Part shown: positions 36,803-47,405 of the stretch, piece by piece
How the letters are laid out: each line of letters starts with the position of its first letter
How positions within the stretch are numbered: the stretch's first letter is position 1
The notes under the pieces: model-generated
Seen by the model: the letters and a program-made list of their open reading frames with translations, nothing else
Told to the model about the DNA's origin: nothing
Database searches by the model: none
Source: Synergistales bacterium
GTDB taxonomy: Bacteria; Synergistota; Synergistia; Synergistales; Aminobacteriaceae
Length of the DNA stretch: 64,000 bases
Direction: 5' to 3'
Assembly (NCBI GenBank): GCA_036788195.1
Contig: DAIQNX010000007.1
Coordinates: 12,209 to 76,208 of the forward strand
Made by a program: the position numbers and the translations under genes

Positions 36803-37885
36803 CTATTCCTCTTTATCCGAAATATCGTCATCCGGGAATTCGCGGGCTATTTCCCCGATTTCATCCCCTACCCCGAGGAAACAGTCCGTCATTCCGGGAT
36901 CGAACGACGTCCCGCGCCCTTCGGCGACGACCGAAATCGCGCGGTCATGCGGAAACGGCTCCTTGTACACCCGACGGCTGACCAGTGCGTCGTACACGTC
37001 GGCAAGAGCCATGATCCGACCCGAAACCGGGATTTCGGCTCCCCCGACGCCGCGGGGGTATCCGCTTCCGTCCCATTTCTCGTGGTGGGAGTACGCGATC
37101 TCGGCCGCCAGACGCATGAACGAGTTGGATCCGAGCCTCTTTTCCGCCATACGCAACGCCCGGAGTCCATACACTGTGTGTCGCTTCATCTCCTCGAACT
37201 CCTCGTGCGTGAGCTTTCCCGGCTTTCTGAGAATCGCATCGGGAACGCCGACCTTTCCGATATCGTGGAGTGGCGCGGATTTGTACAGGAGGTCGATCGT
37301 CGCGTCGTTCAGGGAGTCCCGGTATTCAGGAAGCAGGCTCAGACGTTCGGCGAGAAGGCGGACGTACCGCTGCGTCCGGAGTATGTGGCCGCCCGTCTCG
37401 GGATCCCGCGTTTCGGTGAGCGACGCGAGGCAATATATCGCCACCTCCTGTGTCGCCGCCAGTTCGGCGGTGCGTTCCCGCACGAGATCCTCCAGTTTGT
37501 CGCGATAGCGCTTGAGTTCGATCTGGTTGTTCACGCGCGATTTCACGAGTTCGGGGCTGAAGGGTTTCGCGATGTAGTCCACCGCGCCGAGCGCAAGCCC
37601 GCGCGCCTCGTCGCTCTCGCTTGTCATCGCCGTCAGGAAGATGACGGGGATATCGTTCGTCGCGGCATTCGCCTTGAGGCGACGGCACACCTCGTACCCG
37701 TCCATTCCGGGCATCATCACGTCGAGAAGGATCATGTCCGGCTTTTCTTCCGAGACCGCCTCGAGCGCGCCCGCTCCGTCCATCGCGACGCGGACGTCGT
37801 AAACCGCGTCGAGCGTTCCGACGAGGACATCGACGTTCGCCTCCGTATCGTCGACAACCAACACCTTCGGCGGACCTCCTGTCAT
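36803..37885 (-). CDS. Response regulator with HD-GYP output domain (RpfG-like), proximal copy
   Basis: Real part (360 aa, [13 protein letters not shown]...) of track ORF 36803..38596. The ATG at 37885 forms an ATGA overlap with the hybrid kinase stop. It has the same REC + HD-GYP motifs as the neighbour ([11 protein letters not shown]). Confidence 0.92.
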   Translation of the reverse strand: MTGGPPKVLVVDDTEANVDVLVGTLDAVYDVRVAMDGAGALEAVSEEKPDMILLDVMMPGMDGYEVCRRLKANAATNDIPVIFLTAMTSESDEARGLALGAVDYIAKPFSPELVKSRVNNQIELKRYRDKLEDLVRERTAELAATQEVAIYCLASLTETRDPETGGHILRTQRYVRLLAERLSLLPEYRDSLNDATIDLLYKSAPLHDIGKVGVPDAILRKPGKLTHEEFEEMKRHTVYGLRALRMAEKRLGSNSFMRLAAEIAYSHHEKWDGSGYPRGVGGAEIPVSGRIMALADVYDALVSRRVYKEPFPHDRAISVVAEGRGTSFDPGMTDCFLGVGDEIGEIAREFPDDDISDKEE

Positions 37886-40800
37886 CCGTCTTTCGCCTCC
37901 TCTCCGGACAGCACGCGCAGGAGCGCCGTCACGCGGAGTTCCGCCTCCCTGAACTTGTACTGTCCGAGCAACGCGTCCATCTCGACCAGGGACCGGGAGT
38001 ACCCGTCCGGCCACGAAAAGGCAAGGATCTCCGCCATGATTTCCCGGCACGGCCGCGGTTTGCGCTTTCGCATTTCGGGGAGCAGCCTTTCGAGCATCGA
38101 CGCGAGCCGGGCAACGTCTCCGGGTTCGCTTCCTCCGGCGGACGAGGCTTCTTCCCCGGCAAGGCAGGCGACTACCGGATCGAGATCCCGGATCACGCGC
38201 ACCAGCTCCTGCTCGAACGGCACCAGCGCACTCTCGTCCGTGAGTCCGGAGGAAACCGCCAGCGCCGATTCGAGGAGTTCGGCCCTTCTCTGGAGATCCG
38301 GCGCCCCGATCGTTCCCGCGACGCCTTTGATCGTGTGCGCCATTCTGAGGGCGCTCTCCGTGTCCCCGCCAGAGAGGGCGGAACGGATCTGTCCGGAAAT
38401 CCCGGCGTAATCGCGATGGAACTTTCCCAAAAGGCTCGCGTACAGCTTCGTGTTCCCGGATACTCGGGAGAGACCGATCTCGCTGTTCACGACCGAGAGA
38501 CTCGACAGGTCGCACGGATTCCCTTCCTCTTCCGGAACCGCTGGATTCGGGACCGCGTATTCCGGCGGGAGCGTCCGCTCTCCGGGACGGATCCACCGCA
38601 CGAGCGTCCGCAAAACGTCCGCAGGGTCTACGGGCTTGGTCACGTAATCGTCCATTCCGCTTTCGAGGACCCGTTCCCGCACCCCCGCCATGGCGTCGGC
38701 GGTCATCGCGACAATCGGCACGGCGGTGGCCGCTCCGCCGGGTCCGACCTCCGCTTTTTCCCGGCGACGGATCTCGGAGGCGGCCGCGAATCCATCCATC
38801 TCCGGCATCTGAAGGTCCATGAGGACGACGTCGTAGGGCGTGGACGATCGTCTCGCCTCCGTCACCCGTTCGACGCCGATGCGTCCGTTTTCGGCGATGT
38901 CGACGAAGAACCCCTCCGACGAGAGAAGTTCCGTGGCGAGCTGCCGGTTGATTTCGTTGTCCTCTACCAGCAGCAGACGCGCCCCTCGGCGCTCGTCGAG
39001 CCCGTCCGGCGCCTCGATCTTCCGCTTCCCCTTCTCGATTCCCTGTTCCGCGGGATGCCCGAAAGCCTCCATGATCGCATCGAAGAGAAGGGACTGTGTC
39101 ACGGGTTTGAGAAGATATCCGTCGAGATTGATCCGTTTCGCGTCCTCCATGACGTCATCCCGACCGTAACCGGTCACGAGGATGATTTTCGGGATCCGTT
39201 CGAGTGTGGATTCCTGCTGGATCCGTTTCGCCGCCTCGATGCCGTCCATTCCTGGCATCATCCAGTCCATGAAGACGAGGTCGAAGGGAAGCTCTCCCAT
39301 AAAGGCGTCGGAACGGAGTTTTTCGACGGCCGCTTCCCCCGAGGCGGCGGAGAAAACGTCGCACGAGAACCCCCTCAGATAGTGCTCCATGACCTCGCGG
39401 AATGTGGCGTTATCGTCGACGACCATGATCTTCAGGCCGCGCACGGCCTCCGGAGCTGCGACGCGCGAGGACTGCCCTTTCCGGAGGCCGAATTCCGCGG
39501 TGAACCGGAAGACGCTTCCCTTCCCCGGCACGCTCTCGACTCCGATCGAACCTCCCATGTGCTCGACGAGGTTGCGACTGATGCTCAGACCGAGTCCCGT
39601 TCCGCCATAGCGCCGCGTCGTCGAGGCATCGGCCTGTTCGAAGGAGCGAAAAAGCCTGTTTCGCTGCTCTTCCGTCATTCCGATTCCGGTATCGCTGACC
39701 GCGAAGTTCAGCGTCGCGTCGTCCGGGCCGGCCCGGCCGCACGCGACGGAAACGACGACCTCGCCCCTTTCCGTGAACTTGACCGCATTGTTCACGAGGT
39801 TGAGCAACACCTGCCCCAGCCGCAACGGATCGCCGACGAGCGCCCCCGGAACGTCCGGAGCGACGTCGAAGATCAGTTCGAGTCCCTTCTCCTGTGCCTT
39901 CATCGTGACCTGATTCGCGAGATTTCCGAGGACTCCGCTGAGTTCGAAGTCGATTCGTTCGAGATCGAGTTTTCCGGCCTCGATCTTCGAGAAATCGAGA
40001 ATGTCGTTGATGATCCCGAGGAGGTTCTGTGCCGAGGCGTTGACTTTCGTGACGTAGTCCCGCTGCTTCGGCGTAAGGTCGGTCCTGAGGGCCAGATGGC
40101 TCATTCCGATGATCGCGTTCATCGGCGTCCGGATCTCGTGGCTCATGTTCGCGAGAAAGTCGCCCTTCGCCTTCGTCGCCTCTTCGGCCTCGCGCCGGGC
40201 CTTCTCGAGGTCCGCCAGCATTTCCTGCATCCTGCCCTTCGCACGGTCACGTTCGGCGATCTGCACGCGCAGCTCTTCGCCGGTGCGATTGAGTTCGGCG
40301 ACGACATGCCGGAGTTCGTTTTCTGCCTGCTTTCTCGCGGATACCTCGGACGAGAGCCGTCGGTTCCAGAACAGGATCAGCGAGAGCAGGAAGAGTGCCC
40401 CTGCCGTGACTTTCCAGACGAGCGCGTAGTCGATTCCCTTCGCGTATTCGACGTGCATCCAGCGGCTTTCGATCTCCCGGTGTTCCTGTTCCGTCATCGA
40501 CGCGAAGACCTTGTCGATGATCGAGACAGCCTCAGGAAACCGCAAGTCGACGCCGATCCGGTGGTCGAACCGATACCCCGCCTCGCCCGCGATCTTGAGG
40601 TTCGAGAGACCGAGATCCCGCATCACCTCGATGGCGACCGCCATGTGCTCCACGAACGCGAACGCGCTGCCGTCGGCGACTCTCAGGAGTCCTTCGGCGA
40701 CGTCGTTCGTTTCGACGATTCGGATTTCGGGGTAGTGCCTCCTGAGATAGTTCGCGGCCGTATACCCCCTGCCCGCGGCGACGGTCCGTCCCGCAAGCTC

Positions 40801-42702
40801 GCCGATGTCCCTGATGTAACTCACGTCGTTCCTCGTGACGATGACGAGCGGAAAAGAGGCGTACGGGGCGGACAGGAGGATCTCCCGTCCAGCGTCGTCG
40901 CCGCTCGCGAGCGCCGGGATCATGTCGATCTCGCGGCGGGCGTAGGCATCGAGAACATCGGACCACGTGTCGCGTTTGCGATACTCGAAACGCAGCCCGG
41001 AACGCTCCGTGATGATCTTCAGGTAATCGGCGATCAGTCCGTCGAAGGCTCCGGATTCATCGACGACGGATATCGGCCTCCAGTCGACATCGCTGAAGGT
41101 CATCGGTCCGTGGGATTCGACAAATGCCCGTTCGGCGGGCGTGAGCGGAATTCGCCCGTCCTTCCGGACCGACGCGGACTTCTTCCCGGTCCATTTTTCG
41201 TAGAGCCGCCGGACGTCGCTCTCCGGGATCAGCGCCATCCCACGACGAAGGATCGACGCGAGCAGCGGCTGATCCTTCCTGACCGCGACGTGCAGCCGCA
41301 GCGGACCGGCTCCCGCGATTCCGATATCGTCGCCGCGGACGAGTTCCTGTTCCCCGAGCCTCTCGCAGAGGAATTCGACCACGGGAACCGCGTCGACAAC
41401 GACGTCCGCCTTCCCCCGTGCGACGGCCCAGACCGCCTCGCTCGAATCGGGAGTCTCGAACAGGTCGATCGAGGCGAAGCGATGAAGGATGTCCCGGAAA
41501 ACGAACCCCCTCGTGACCGCGACGCGACGGCCGGAAAGATCCTTCACCGAGGTCACGCGGGGCGTTCCCCGGCTCGTGAACGGAGCGACCTCGACGGACG
41601 CGTACGCGGGCAGGAACGAGAGGAACTCCTCCCGTTCAGAAGTTGCCGCGACATTCAAAAGGACATCGAGATCCCCGGAGCGAATCATCGAGAAGAAATC
41701 GTTCCACTTTCCGTGAGTGACGAAACGGATGTCAAGCCCCGTCTTTTCCGCGAGCAGCATCATGTATTCGATCGAGAGTCCCTTCGGAATGCCGCCCTCA
41801 CGGTAGTTCAGCGGCGCCCAGTCCTCCTCGTTCTGGACGCGGATCTCCCGCGTGTTCGCGAGAAAGGTCTGTTCCTCGTCGGTAAGCGCGGCCGCGAACT
41901 CGGCCGGGATCTGTCTCGCGTGACGGACGATCCACTTCTTCTCCAGTCCGTCGCGATCCCTGACGGAGATCTTTCCGAGCCCATCGTTGATGAGAGGAAG
42001 CAGGTCGGCTCTGTCCCGGGATACGGCGGCGCAGTAGACCTGCGAGAAGAGCGGCGCGGATTCGTCGAATGAGAAGATGTTCGAGAGGCGGTTTTGTCCC
42101 AGAAAGTAGTTCAGGCCGATCTTCGTCGACACGAAGACCTTGACGTCCCCACGCATCGCTGCGCGGAAGAGCGCGTCGAAGTCGTCGTAGAACGCGATTC
42201 GCGAAGCCGGGAGACGGGCCCAGAGAAAATCCTGCGTATAGCCGCTGGTGGCGATGCCGACGATCAGTCCGGACGTGTCGTCGAGCGTCCGGACGCGGCG
42301 GATCGCCGGGTGGGAGAACAGGAAGTAGTCGAGGCTCAGGATTGGGGCGGAAAACGCGAGGTACGATTCCCGCTCCGGCGTGCGGAAGACTCCGGCATGG
42401 ATATCGGCGCTTCCCGTCCTGAGGTATTCGAGTGATTCGTTCAGTCCGGGGGCGCGCACGAGGTCGACGGACACTCCGGCCTTTTCCGACCAGAGCCGCC
42501 AGAAGTCTGCGAAGAGCCCCATCGCGTCCCCGGATTCGCTCTCGAACTTCAGCGGCGCGACGCCTGGGTTGTAGACAAAACTCAGCCGCGCTCCTCCCGA
42601 CGTGGCGCCGGAATGCGTCGGAAACATCATGAAGGCCGCGAGCAGAAGAACGGCGAACAATGGAACGAACCGGCCGGAACGGGAACGGTCGCATTTCCGC
42701 AT
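37882..42702 (-). CDS. Hybrid sensor histidine kinase: 3 periplasmic solute-binding (SBP_bac_3/Venus-flytrap) domains, TM, HisKA, HATPase, 2 REC domains, Hpt domain
   Basis: 1606 aa, with the ATG at 42702 after GAGGAGAGG. After the signal peptide there are three PBP-like repeats (approx aa 38-258, 286-505, 533-750) and a TM helix (approx 759-781). These are followed by a coiled coil, H-box [13 protein letters not shown] and G boxes DTGIGM, GTGLGL. REC1 is [14 protein letters not shown]2 is [11 protein letters not shown] and the Hpt motif is [12 protein letters not shown]. About 100 aa follow the Hpt domain. Confidence 0.93.
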   Translation of the reverse strand: MRKCDRSRSGRFVPLFAVLLLAAFMMFPTHSGATSGGARLSFVYNPGVAPLKFESESGDAMGLFADFWRLWSEKAGVSVDLVRAPGLNESLEYLRTGSADIHAGVFRTPERESYLAFSAPILSLDYFLFSHPAIRRVRTLDDTSGLIVGIATSGYTQDFLWARLPASRIAFYDDFDALFRAAMRGDVKVFVSTKIGLNYFLGQNRLSNIFSFDESAPLFSQVYCAAVSRDRADLLPLINDGLGKISVRDRDGLEKKWIVRHARQIPAEFAAALTDEEQTFLANTREIRVQNEEDWAPLNYREGGIPKGLSIEYMMLLAEKTGLDIRFVTHGKWNDFFSMIRSGDLDVLLNVAATSEREEFLSFLPAYASVEVAPFTSRGTPRVTSVKDLSGRRVAVTRGFVFRDILHRFASIDLFETPDSSEAVWAVARGKADVVVDAVPVVEFLCERLGEQELVRGDDIGIAGAGPLRLHVAVRKDQPLLASILRRGMALIPESDVRRLYEKWTGKKSASVRKDGRIPLTPAERAFVESHGPMTFSDVDWRPISVVDESGAFDGLIADYLKIITERSGLRFEYRKRDTWSDVLDAYARREIDMIPALASGDDAGREILLSAPYASFPLVIVTRNDVSYIRDIGELAGRTVAAGRGYTAANYLRRHYPEIRIVETNDVAEGLLRVADGSAFAFVEHMAVAIEVMRDLGLSNLKIAGEAGYRFDHRIGVDLRFPEAVSIIDKVFASMTEQEHREIESRWMHVEYAKGIDYALVWKVTAGALFLLSLILFWNRRLSSEVSARKQAENELRHVVAELNRTGEELRVQIAERDRAKGRMQEMLADLEKARREAEEATKAKGDFLANMSHEIRTPMNAIIGMSHLALRTDLTPKQRDYVTKVNASAQNLLGIINDILDFSKIEAGKLDLERIDFELSGVLGNLANQVTMKAQEKGLELIFDVAPDVPGALVGDPLRLGQVLLNLVNNAVKFTERGEVVVSVACGRAGPDDATLNFAVSDTGIGMTEEQRNRLFRSFEQADASTTRRYGGTGLGLSISRNLVEHMGGSIGVESVPGKGSVFRFTAEFGLRKGQSSRVAAPEAVRGLKIMVVDDNATFREVMEHYLRGFSCDVFSAASGEAAVEKLRSDAFMGELPFDLVFMDWMMPGMDGIEAAKRIQQESTLERIPKIILVTGYGRDDVMEDAKRINLDGYLLKPVTQSLLFDAIMEAFGHPAEQGIEKGKRKIEAPDGLDERRGARLLLVEDNEINRQLATELLSSEGFFVDIAENGRIGVERVTEARRSSTPYDVVLMDLQMPEMDGFAAASEIRRREKAEVGPGGAATAVPIVAMTADAMAGVRERVLESGMDDYVTKPVDPADVLRTLVRWIRPGERTLPPEYAVPNPAVPEEEGNPCDLSSLSVVNSEIGLSRVSGNTKLYASLLGKFHRDYAGISGQIRSALSGGDTESALRMAHTIKGVAGTIGAPDLQRRAELLESALAVSSGLTDESALVPFEQELVRVIRDLDPVVACLAGEEASSAGGSEPGDVARLASMLERLLPEMRKRKPRPCREIMAEILAFSWPDGYSRSLVEMDALLGQYKFREAELRVTALLRVLSGEEAKDG

Positions 42703-42813
42703 CGGGCACCTCTCCTCGGAGACTGCGTCAGAATGCGTTCATGTTTCCCCGGGTTTCCGGAATACCGTGTCGTATAATCGCCTGTCTGCGGACATACGAA
42801 CCCTGTCAGTTGT

Positions 42814-42822
42814 ATTCTATCA
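42814..42822 (-). promoter_or_regulatory. Candidate extended -10 promoter element for the hybrid kinase operon
   Basis: The minus strand reads TGATAGAAT (TG-n-TAGAAT), about 110 nt upstream of the ATG at 42702, in the 164-nt gap after the upstream operon. Confidence 0.3.
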
Positions 42823-42866
42823 GAATCTTCGCTCTCCCGCTCCGTTTTTCCCTCGTTTTGTCCGCG

Positions 42867-43811
42867 TCAGGCCGTGAGCCGGCCTCCTTCGACGACGACG
42901 CGGCCGTCGAGCCGCAGCGTCGGCTTGCGCATGACGCCGTCGATGTGAATTCCCGCGGCGACGGTTCCTCCGAACGTATCGTTGCTGCCGAGCGCGATGT
43001 GTACCGTCCCGTAGATCTTTTCATCCTCGAGAATCACGCCCGTGAAGCGTGCGCGGTCGTTCGTCCCGATGCCGAGCTCCGCGAGGTTGCGGGCCTTCGG
43101 ATTGTCCCCGAGCTGCGCGAGGATCGTGGAGCCTCCCCTTCCCTCGATGCCGGCGAGAAGCCCGTCCCGGAACGTCAGCAGCAGCGGTTCGTCGAGGACG
43201 CCGAGCCCGACGAACGATCCGTCGATGACCACGGAGCCGTTCGCACTCCCTTCGACCGGCGCGATGTACGCCTCTCCCGAAGGGAGGTTGCCCGATTCGC
43301 CCCTGTTGCGATAGACGCCCGTGCTCGGATGCCCTTCGCGCCCGGCGAGGGACATCGAGAGAGAGTGTCCGCCCGTTATGATCTCGGCCGTTCCGGCGTG
43401 GGAAAGCAACTCAGTGTAGCGTTTCGTCACCGCTTCGACGATCGTGTAGTCGGCCGTGATCGGACCGTTGAAGTACATATCCCCGGTGATTCGCGGCATC
43501 GTCGCCACGCGGGCTCCCGCTTCGCACGCGCGCTTTCGCGCCTGCGTATGCGTCAGCGAGGCCCCGGTCGGGGCCACAACGACGTCGGCGGCCTTCATCG
43601 CGGCCGAGACGATGTCGTCCGGCTCAGCGCCGTTCCGTTCGGGAACGGGAATCCGGATCGCAGCCGTCTTCGCACCCAGGGCGCATCCCGCGAGAAACAG
43701 ACTCTCGCCGATCTGCAATGTCGTCTCGTCGTAGACGACGACCAGCCGTTCGCCGGCGACAAGCCCCATATTGTCCTTCAGAAGCCGCTTCGACACATCG
43801 ACGAAATCCAT
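42867..43811 (-). CDS. M29-like (aminopeptidase T/S fold) metallohydrolase, short form
   Basis: Real part (314 aa, MDFVDVSKRLL...) of track ORF 42867..44672, with GAGGAGGGG upstream of the ATG at 43811. GEAYIAPVEGSANGSVVIDGS and ELGIGTN...EDEKIYGTVHIALG resemble the M29 metal-binding C-terminal half. Confidence 0.7.
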   Translation of the reverse strand: MDFVDVSKRLLKDNMGLVAGERLVVVYDETTLQIGESLFLAGCALGAKTAAIRIPVPERNGAEPDDIVSAAMKAADVVVAPTGASLTHTQARKRACEAGARVATMPRITGDMYFNGPITADYTIVEAVTKRYTELLSHAGTAEIITGGHSLSMSLAGREGHPSTGVYRNRGESGNLPSGEAYIAPVEGSANGSVVIDGSFVGLGVLDEPLLLTFRDGLLAGIEGRGGSTILAQLGDNPKARNLAELGIGTNDRARFTGVILEDEKIYGTVHIALGSNDTFGGTVAAGIHIDGVMRKPTLRLDGRVVVEGGRLTA

Positions 43812-43828
43812 ATTCCGAACGCCCCTCC

Positions 43829-44503
43829 TCATCCGATCAGTTCGCGAACGACGCGGGCGACGATGCCCCGCGCCAGGATCACGGGCCTGTCCGTCACTTC
43901 CCGGACCGCTTCCTGCATCGCAAGCGTATACCCCATGCAGTCCATGACCGTGAGATCGGCCCCCCATTCCTTCATCTCCGCCGCGGCCGCCCGAACGGCC
44001 CTTTCGGCATCCGCGTAGGGCGACGCCGGAACCACGCGAAGATCCGAGCAGACGCTCTTCCAGCGACGTCCGGATTGCGCGATCTGGTCGCGCGACGGCG
44101 TCAGGAACCCGACGCGCAATCCTTTCGCGACCGCCTCGACCGTATTGTACAGGATGCGTTGCGGACGCAGGAGCAGACCGTCGGTCGGGAAATCCGGGAA
44201 TTCTCCCGTGCAGAGCAGCAGAACGGTCGAAAGACCGTTGTCGAAATGCTCCGCGATCCTGGCTTCCACGCGGGGCGCGATATATTTTTCGGCGACCTGG
44301 ATCGACGAACCGTCCGCCAGGCGCGTGACGAGAACGTAGTCTCCGGTCTCGGGGGCGAGAGACGCGATCTCGTCCCGGGAGAGTCCGTCGAGCGCGCCGG
44401 CCTCGACGATGTCGATTCCGTCGCCGAGAATCGCGCGCAGATCGGGCGTCACGTCCGTTCGCGGCGACTGTCCGATCGTCACCGTTCCGAGAATCCGTTT
44501 CAT
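43829..44503 (-). CDS. aroM: AroM-family protein (function unknown)
   Basis: 224 aa, collinear with my recollection of E. coli AroM (TIGQSPRTDV.P, GLSRDEIASLAPE, GADLTVMDCMGY, PVILARGIVARVVRELI). The ATG forms an ATGA overlap with the upstream stop. Confidence 0.8.
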   Translation of the reverse strand: MKRILGTVTIGQSPRTDVTPDLRAILGDGIDIVEAGALDGLSRDEIASLAPETGDYVLVTRLADGSSIQVAEKYIAPRVEARIAEHFDNGLSTVLLLCTGEFPDFPTDGLLLRPQRILYNTVEAVAKGLRVGFLTPSRDQIAQSGRRWKSVCSDLRVVPASPYADAERAVRAAAAEMKEWGADLTVMDCMGYTLAMQEAVREVTDRPVILARGIVARVVRELIG

Positions 44504-45339
44504 CGGTCATTCTCCTTTCGAAGTTCGTCCCGATAACAGCACGCGAGATGATCCGCGCCGTTCGGTCCGCAGCGGAGGCACTCGTCGATGGAGCCGGCGA
44601 CGCCGCTCGTCTCCGCTCCCCTGACACTCTCGAGAACCATCCGGAACGTCTCGAACCATCGGTCGTCGCCATCGACGACGAACGTCGCTCCGCCTTCGGC
44701 TCCCGAGACGCCGCCGCGTCCGATTACCCACGCGTCGCGCGCCCCGAGCGCGCGCAACGCCTCGGGTTCGCTCACGATCCGCCCGAAGAGGGGCACGAGT
44801 CCCACCGCCATGCCCATGGACCACACCGGCGCCTTTCGGCCGCAGGCTTTCATCGCCTCCGGCACGGAAGTCGGGGAGATCTTCTCGACTCCCGCGGCGA
44901 TGATGCATCGCACCCCCTGCGACGGCAGGAGCGGCAGTATCCGTCCCGGCTCGCCGCCCATGAACCGCCCGGCCATCATCGCCGCGTTCCCGCAGGAGTC
45001 GACGATGTTGGCGCCGCAGACGACGACGTCGTCCGGGCCCATCTCGGCGGCGATCGCCTCAAGACGGCCATCTGCCGCTTCGGGACGCCCTCCGCGAAGC
45101 AACAGGGAGTGCGCCCCTTCGACGGTCCGGGCCGCCGCGACGGTCCCCCGGAGGGATATCCGTCCGGAAATCCGGAGCGGCGTCCCGGCCAGTTCTTCCG
45201 CGAGCGCCGAGACCGTCGTCCCGCCCTTGAGCAGGATCATCCCGTCCGCCAACGCGCGGCGCACTTCGGGAAGCGCGGCGATCCCCTTCGCGATCAGTTT
45301 TTTGCCTTCCGCGACGGTAAGGGAAAACTGCGCTTTCAT
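44500..45339 (-). CDS. Hypothetical protein, 279 aa, no family recognised; C-terminal Cys cluster
   Basis: Clean ORF with codon usage like its neighbours. The start lies 1 nt after the DUF1177 stop, and the stop overlaps the aroM start. Gly/Ala-rich Rossmann-like stretches (LLKGGTTV, VVVCGANIVD, IIAAGVEK) end with ECLRCGPNGADHLACC. Confidence 0.75.
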   Translation of the reverse strand: MKAQFSLTVAEGKKLIAKGIAALPEVRRALADGMILLKGGTTVSALAEELAGTPLRISGRISLRGTVAAARTVEGAHSLLLRGGRPEAADGRLEAIAAEMGPDDVVVCGANIVDSCGNAAMMAGRFMGGEPGRILPLLPSQGVRCIIAAGVEKISPTSVPEAMKACGRKAPVWSMGMAVGLVPLFGRIVSEPEALRALGARDAWVIGRGGVSGAEGGATFVVDGDDRWFETFRMVLESVRGAETSGVAGSIDECLRCGPNGADHLACCYRDELRKENDR

Positions 45340-45340
45340 C

Positions 45341-46276
45341 TCATACGTCGCCCATTCCCTGAAGGTGCGTCATCGGGCCGTAGAGTTCGACCATGCGGTC
45401 GTATTCGGTCGGATCGTAGAAAGACAGATTCCCTTCGCCGAAGGCCTTCGCGACCTCGATGACGAACCGGACGGCCGATTCGATATCGACCGGCTGCGAC
45501 GCACCCGTCGCGCATCCGGGAACCGCCGACTCCGCCGTAAGCGCGACGCCGACAACCGGAGCCGACGTCGCCGTGCACGGCTGCAGGATGCTGTTCAGAT
45601 GGTAGAGTCCGTTGCCGTACGGGGTGATGTCCTGCATCGACAGCGGGAAGACGACGGGGGCGCGCCCGGTCACGTACGACATGACGGAGAGCAGGTCCTC
45701 GCTGACGCGCATGATCCAGCCCTCCCTGACGGTCGGCGAGATGGCGAACCCGCGATGGTTGATGACCCGGTTGCCGCGCGTCGTATCCACGGAGAGGACC
45801 GCGTCGAGATTTCCGGACATCTCCTCCGCGTTCGCGATCGCCATGTTGATCGGAGAATCCATGAACGGGACGGGGTCGTGCGGGCGCGTCGGAGCGTTCG
45901 GACAGATGTGGGTCGATACGAAGACGTCACCTTTCAGGACGTCTCCGACGGCCGACATGCGGGCCAGCTTCATCGCCGTCGCCACGGCCGTGACGGCTCC
46001 GTCTGCGTCCGACACCAGGCCGGTCCGCTCGGGTCTCGCCCCGATGCCGCCCAGTCGTCCGACGATTCCGAGCGTCGGGGCTGTTCCCCCCGATATTCTG
46101 CCCGACGAACCGCGTACCCAGACCTTCACGAAGTCGGTGTTTCCTTTCGGTCCCGTGACGGTCCGCACGACGACGTCCGCCTCCCCCGCCTCCAGAATCG
46201 CCGCCCTGACGGATTCTCCCGTGACGACCGGAGAATCCAGAAGTTCCATGGCCTTCATGGTCCAGTAGAGAGACAT
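45341..46276 (-). CDS. DUF1177-like protein (function unknown)
   Basis: 311 aa with AAGGAG 7 nt upstream of the ATG. The assignment rests on my recollection of DUF1177 sequences and of their co-occurrence with DUF917/AroM/OPT genes. It needs an HMM check. Confidence 0.55.
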   Translation of the reverse strand: MSLYWTMKAMELLDSPVVTGESVRAAILEAGEADVVVRTVTGPKGNTDFVKVWVRGSSGRISGGTAPTLGIVGRLGGIGARPERTGLVSDADGAVTAVATAMKLARMSAVGDVLKGDVFVSTHICPNAPTRPHDPVPFMDSPINMAIANAEEMSGNLDAVLSVDTTRGNRVINHRGFAISPTVREGWIMRVSEDLLSVMSYVTGRAPVVFPLSMQDITPYGNGLYHLNSILQPCTATSAPVVGVALTAESAVPGCATGASQPVDIESAVRFVIEVAKAFGEGNLSFYDPTEYDRMVELYGPMTHLQGMGDV

Positions 46277-46279
46277 GAA

Positions 46280-47386
46280 TTAGCTCCTTTCCCGGGATCC
46301 CCCGCGCGCATCGAAGGACAGGTACGCGAGAACGGGCTCCCCGACTATGCCCTCGACGGGCTCGAACAATTCCCTGCACCGCATCCCCGCTCCGAGAAGC
46401 AGGTTTCCGGACGGCGCGGCCAGAACGACGACGCGCATGTCGCGCCGAAGCTCCGCGGTCGTCACTGGAACTCCCGTCCCCGCGTCGAGCGTCATGATGA
46501 GGTCGGGGAACGTGTACCGGCGTTTTCCTCCGACGTCGAGCGTCATGTATTCGTTCCAGAAGGTCGCGGACACTCCCCCTTCGACCTCGATCCGGCCGTG
46601 GTCGAACCCGCCTTCGGTCGCGAGGTCGTACCGCACGACCGCGCCTTCCGCAACGACCGTTCCGCCGAGGAGCGCAGCCGCGGCGGCCGCGACCGCTTCC
46701 CCGCCGAAACCGGCGTCGCGCATCGCGAATCCGACCTCGATCGCCCTCCGGACCCCGCCAGGCGCCGCGTGCCGTTTCGCGTACGACGCCGGTACCGGAT
46801 TTCGGGCCACGGACACAAGTCCGCCCGCACGTACGGAACTCTGTCGTACGAGCGCCGATACCGCCTCCATCGGTCCCCTGAAGATCGCCTCGAGGTACGT
46901 CCCCTTCTCAGGATCCCCACCCGCCGCGGCCTGCACCGAGCGATACGCGGCGTCGCGATGGAGCCCCATCGAGCCCATGAGCCCCGTCGGATGGGCGCGA
47001 CCGTTGCACGGGGCGTCAACTACCGGTCGCCCGGTCATCGCGGCGGGAACCCATCCGTTGCAGATCGCGCTGCCACCGCATTCGTTCGTGATGAGCCCGC
47101 CGACCGAGAGATCCTCGAAACGTTCGAGCATCGTCACGACGCGTCCCGCCGCCTCCGGCGAAGCGCAGGCGTCTCTCGCCGCCGGCGCCCCTACGGCCGA
47201 ACACGTCAGCAGCACGACTTCCGGATCGACATCGTCGATATCGACGAGGTTCACTCCCCCGAGGCGCACCGCCTCGACCGCGAGAAGGCGCCCCTTCTCC
47301 ATGGATCCGCCGCCGCCGCCGCCGAGCAGGCACCCTCCGAGAATCGCGGCATCGATTTCTTCCCGTGTCAGTTTCATACCCTTCAC
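46280..47386 (-). CDS. DUF917-family protein (hydantoinase-like two-domain fold; function unknown here)
   Basis: 368 aa. The N-terminal AAILGGCLLGGGGGGS glycine run and NECGGSA, followed by a second domain of similar size, match my recollection of DUF917. The track start is GTG at 47386; ATG at 47377 is an alternative. Confidence 0.65.
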   Translation of the reverse strand: MKGMKLTREEIDAAILGGCLLGGGGGGSMEKGRLLAVEAVRLGGVNLVDIDDVDPEVVLLTCSAVGAPAARDACASPEAAGRVVTMLERFEDLSVGGLITNECGGSAICNGWVPAAMTGRPVVDAPCNGRAHPTGLMGSMGLHRDAAYRSVQAAAGGDPEKGTYLEAIFRGPMEAVSALVRQSSVRAGGLVSVARNPVPASYAKRHAAPGGVRRAIEVGFAMRDAGFGGEAVAAAAAALLGGTVVAEGAVVRYDLATEGGFDHGRIEVEGGVSATFWNEYMTLDVGGKRRYTFPDLIMTLDAGTGVPVTTAELRRDMRVVVLAAPSGNLLLGAGMRCRELFEPVEGIVGEPVLAYLSFDARGGSRERS

Positions 47387-47405
47387 CCGCGTTTCGTTCT
47401 CTACG

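Noticed and set aside
38335-42072. 1245-aa plus-strand ORF
   Set aside because: It is antisense to the 1606-aa hybrid kinase, which has unmistakable HisKA/HATPase/REC/Hpt motifs. The translation is low-complexity and Arg/Asp-rich, with no RBS.
42773-42778. Perfect TATAAT hexamer on the plus strand
   Set aside because: No plus-strand gene lies downstream; it would only drive antisense transcription into the M29-like gene. No matching -35 was found.
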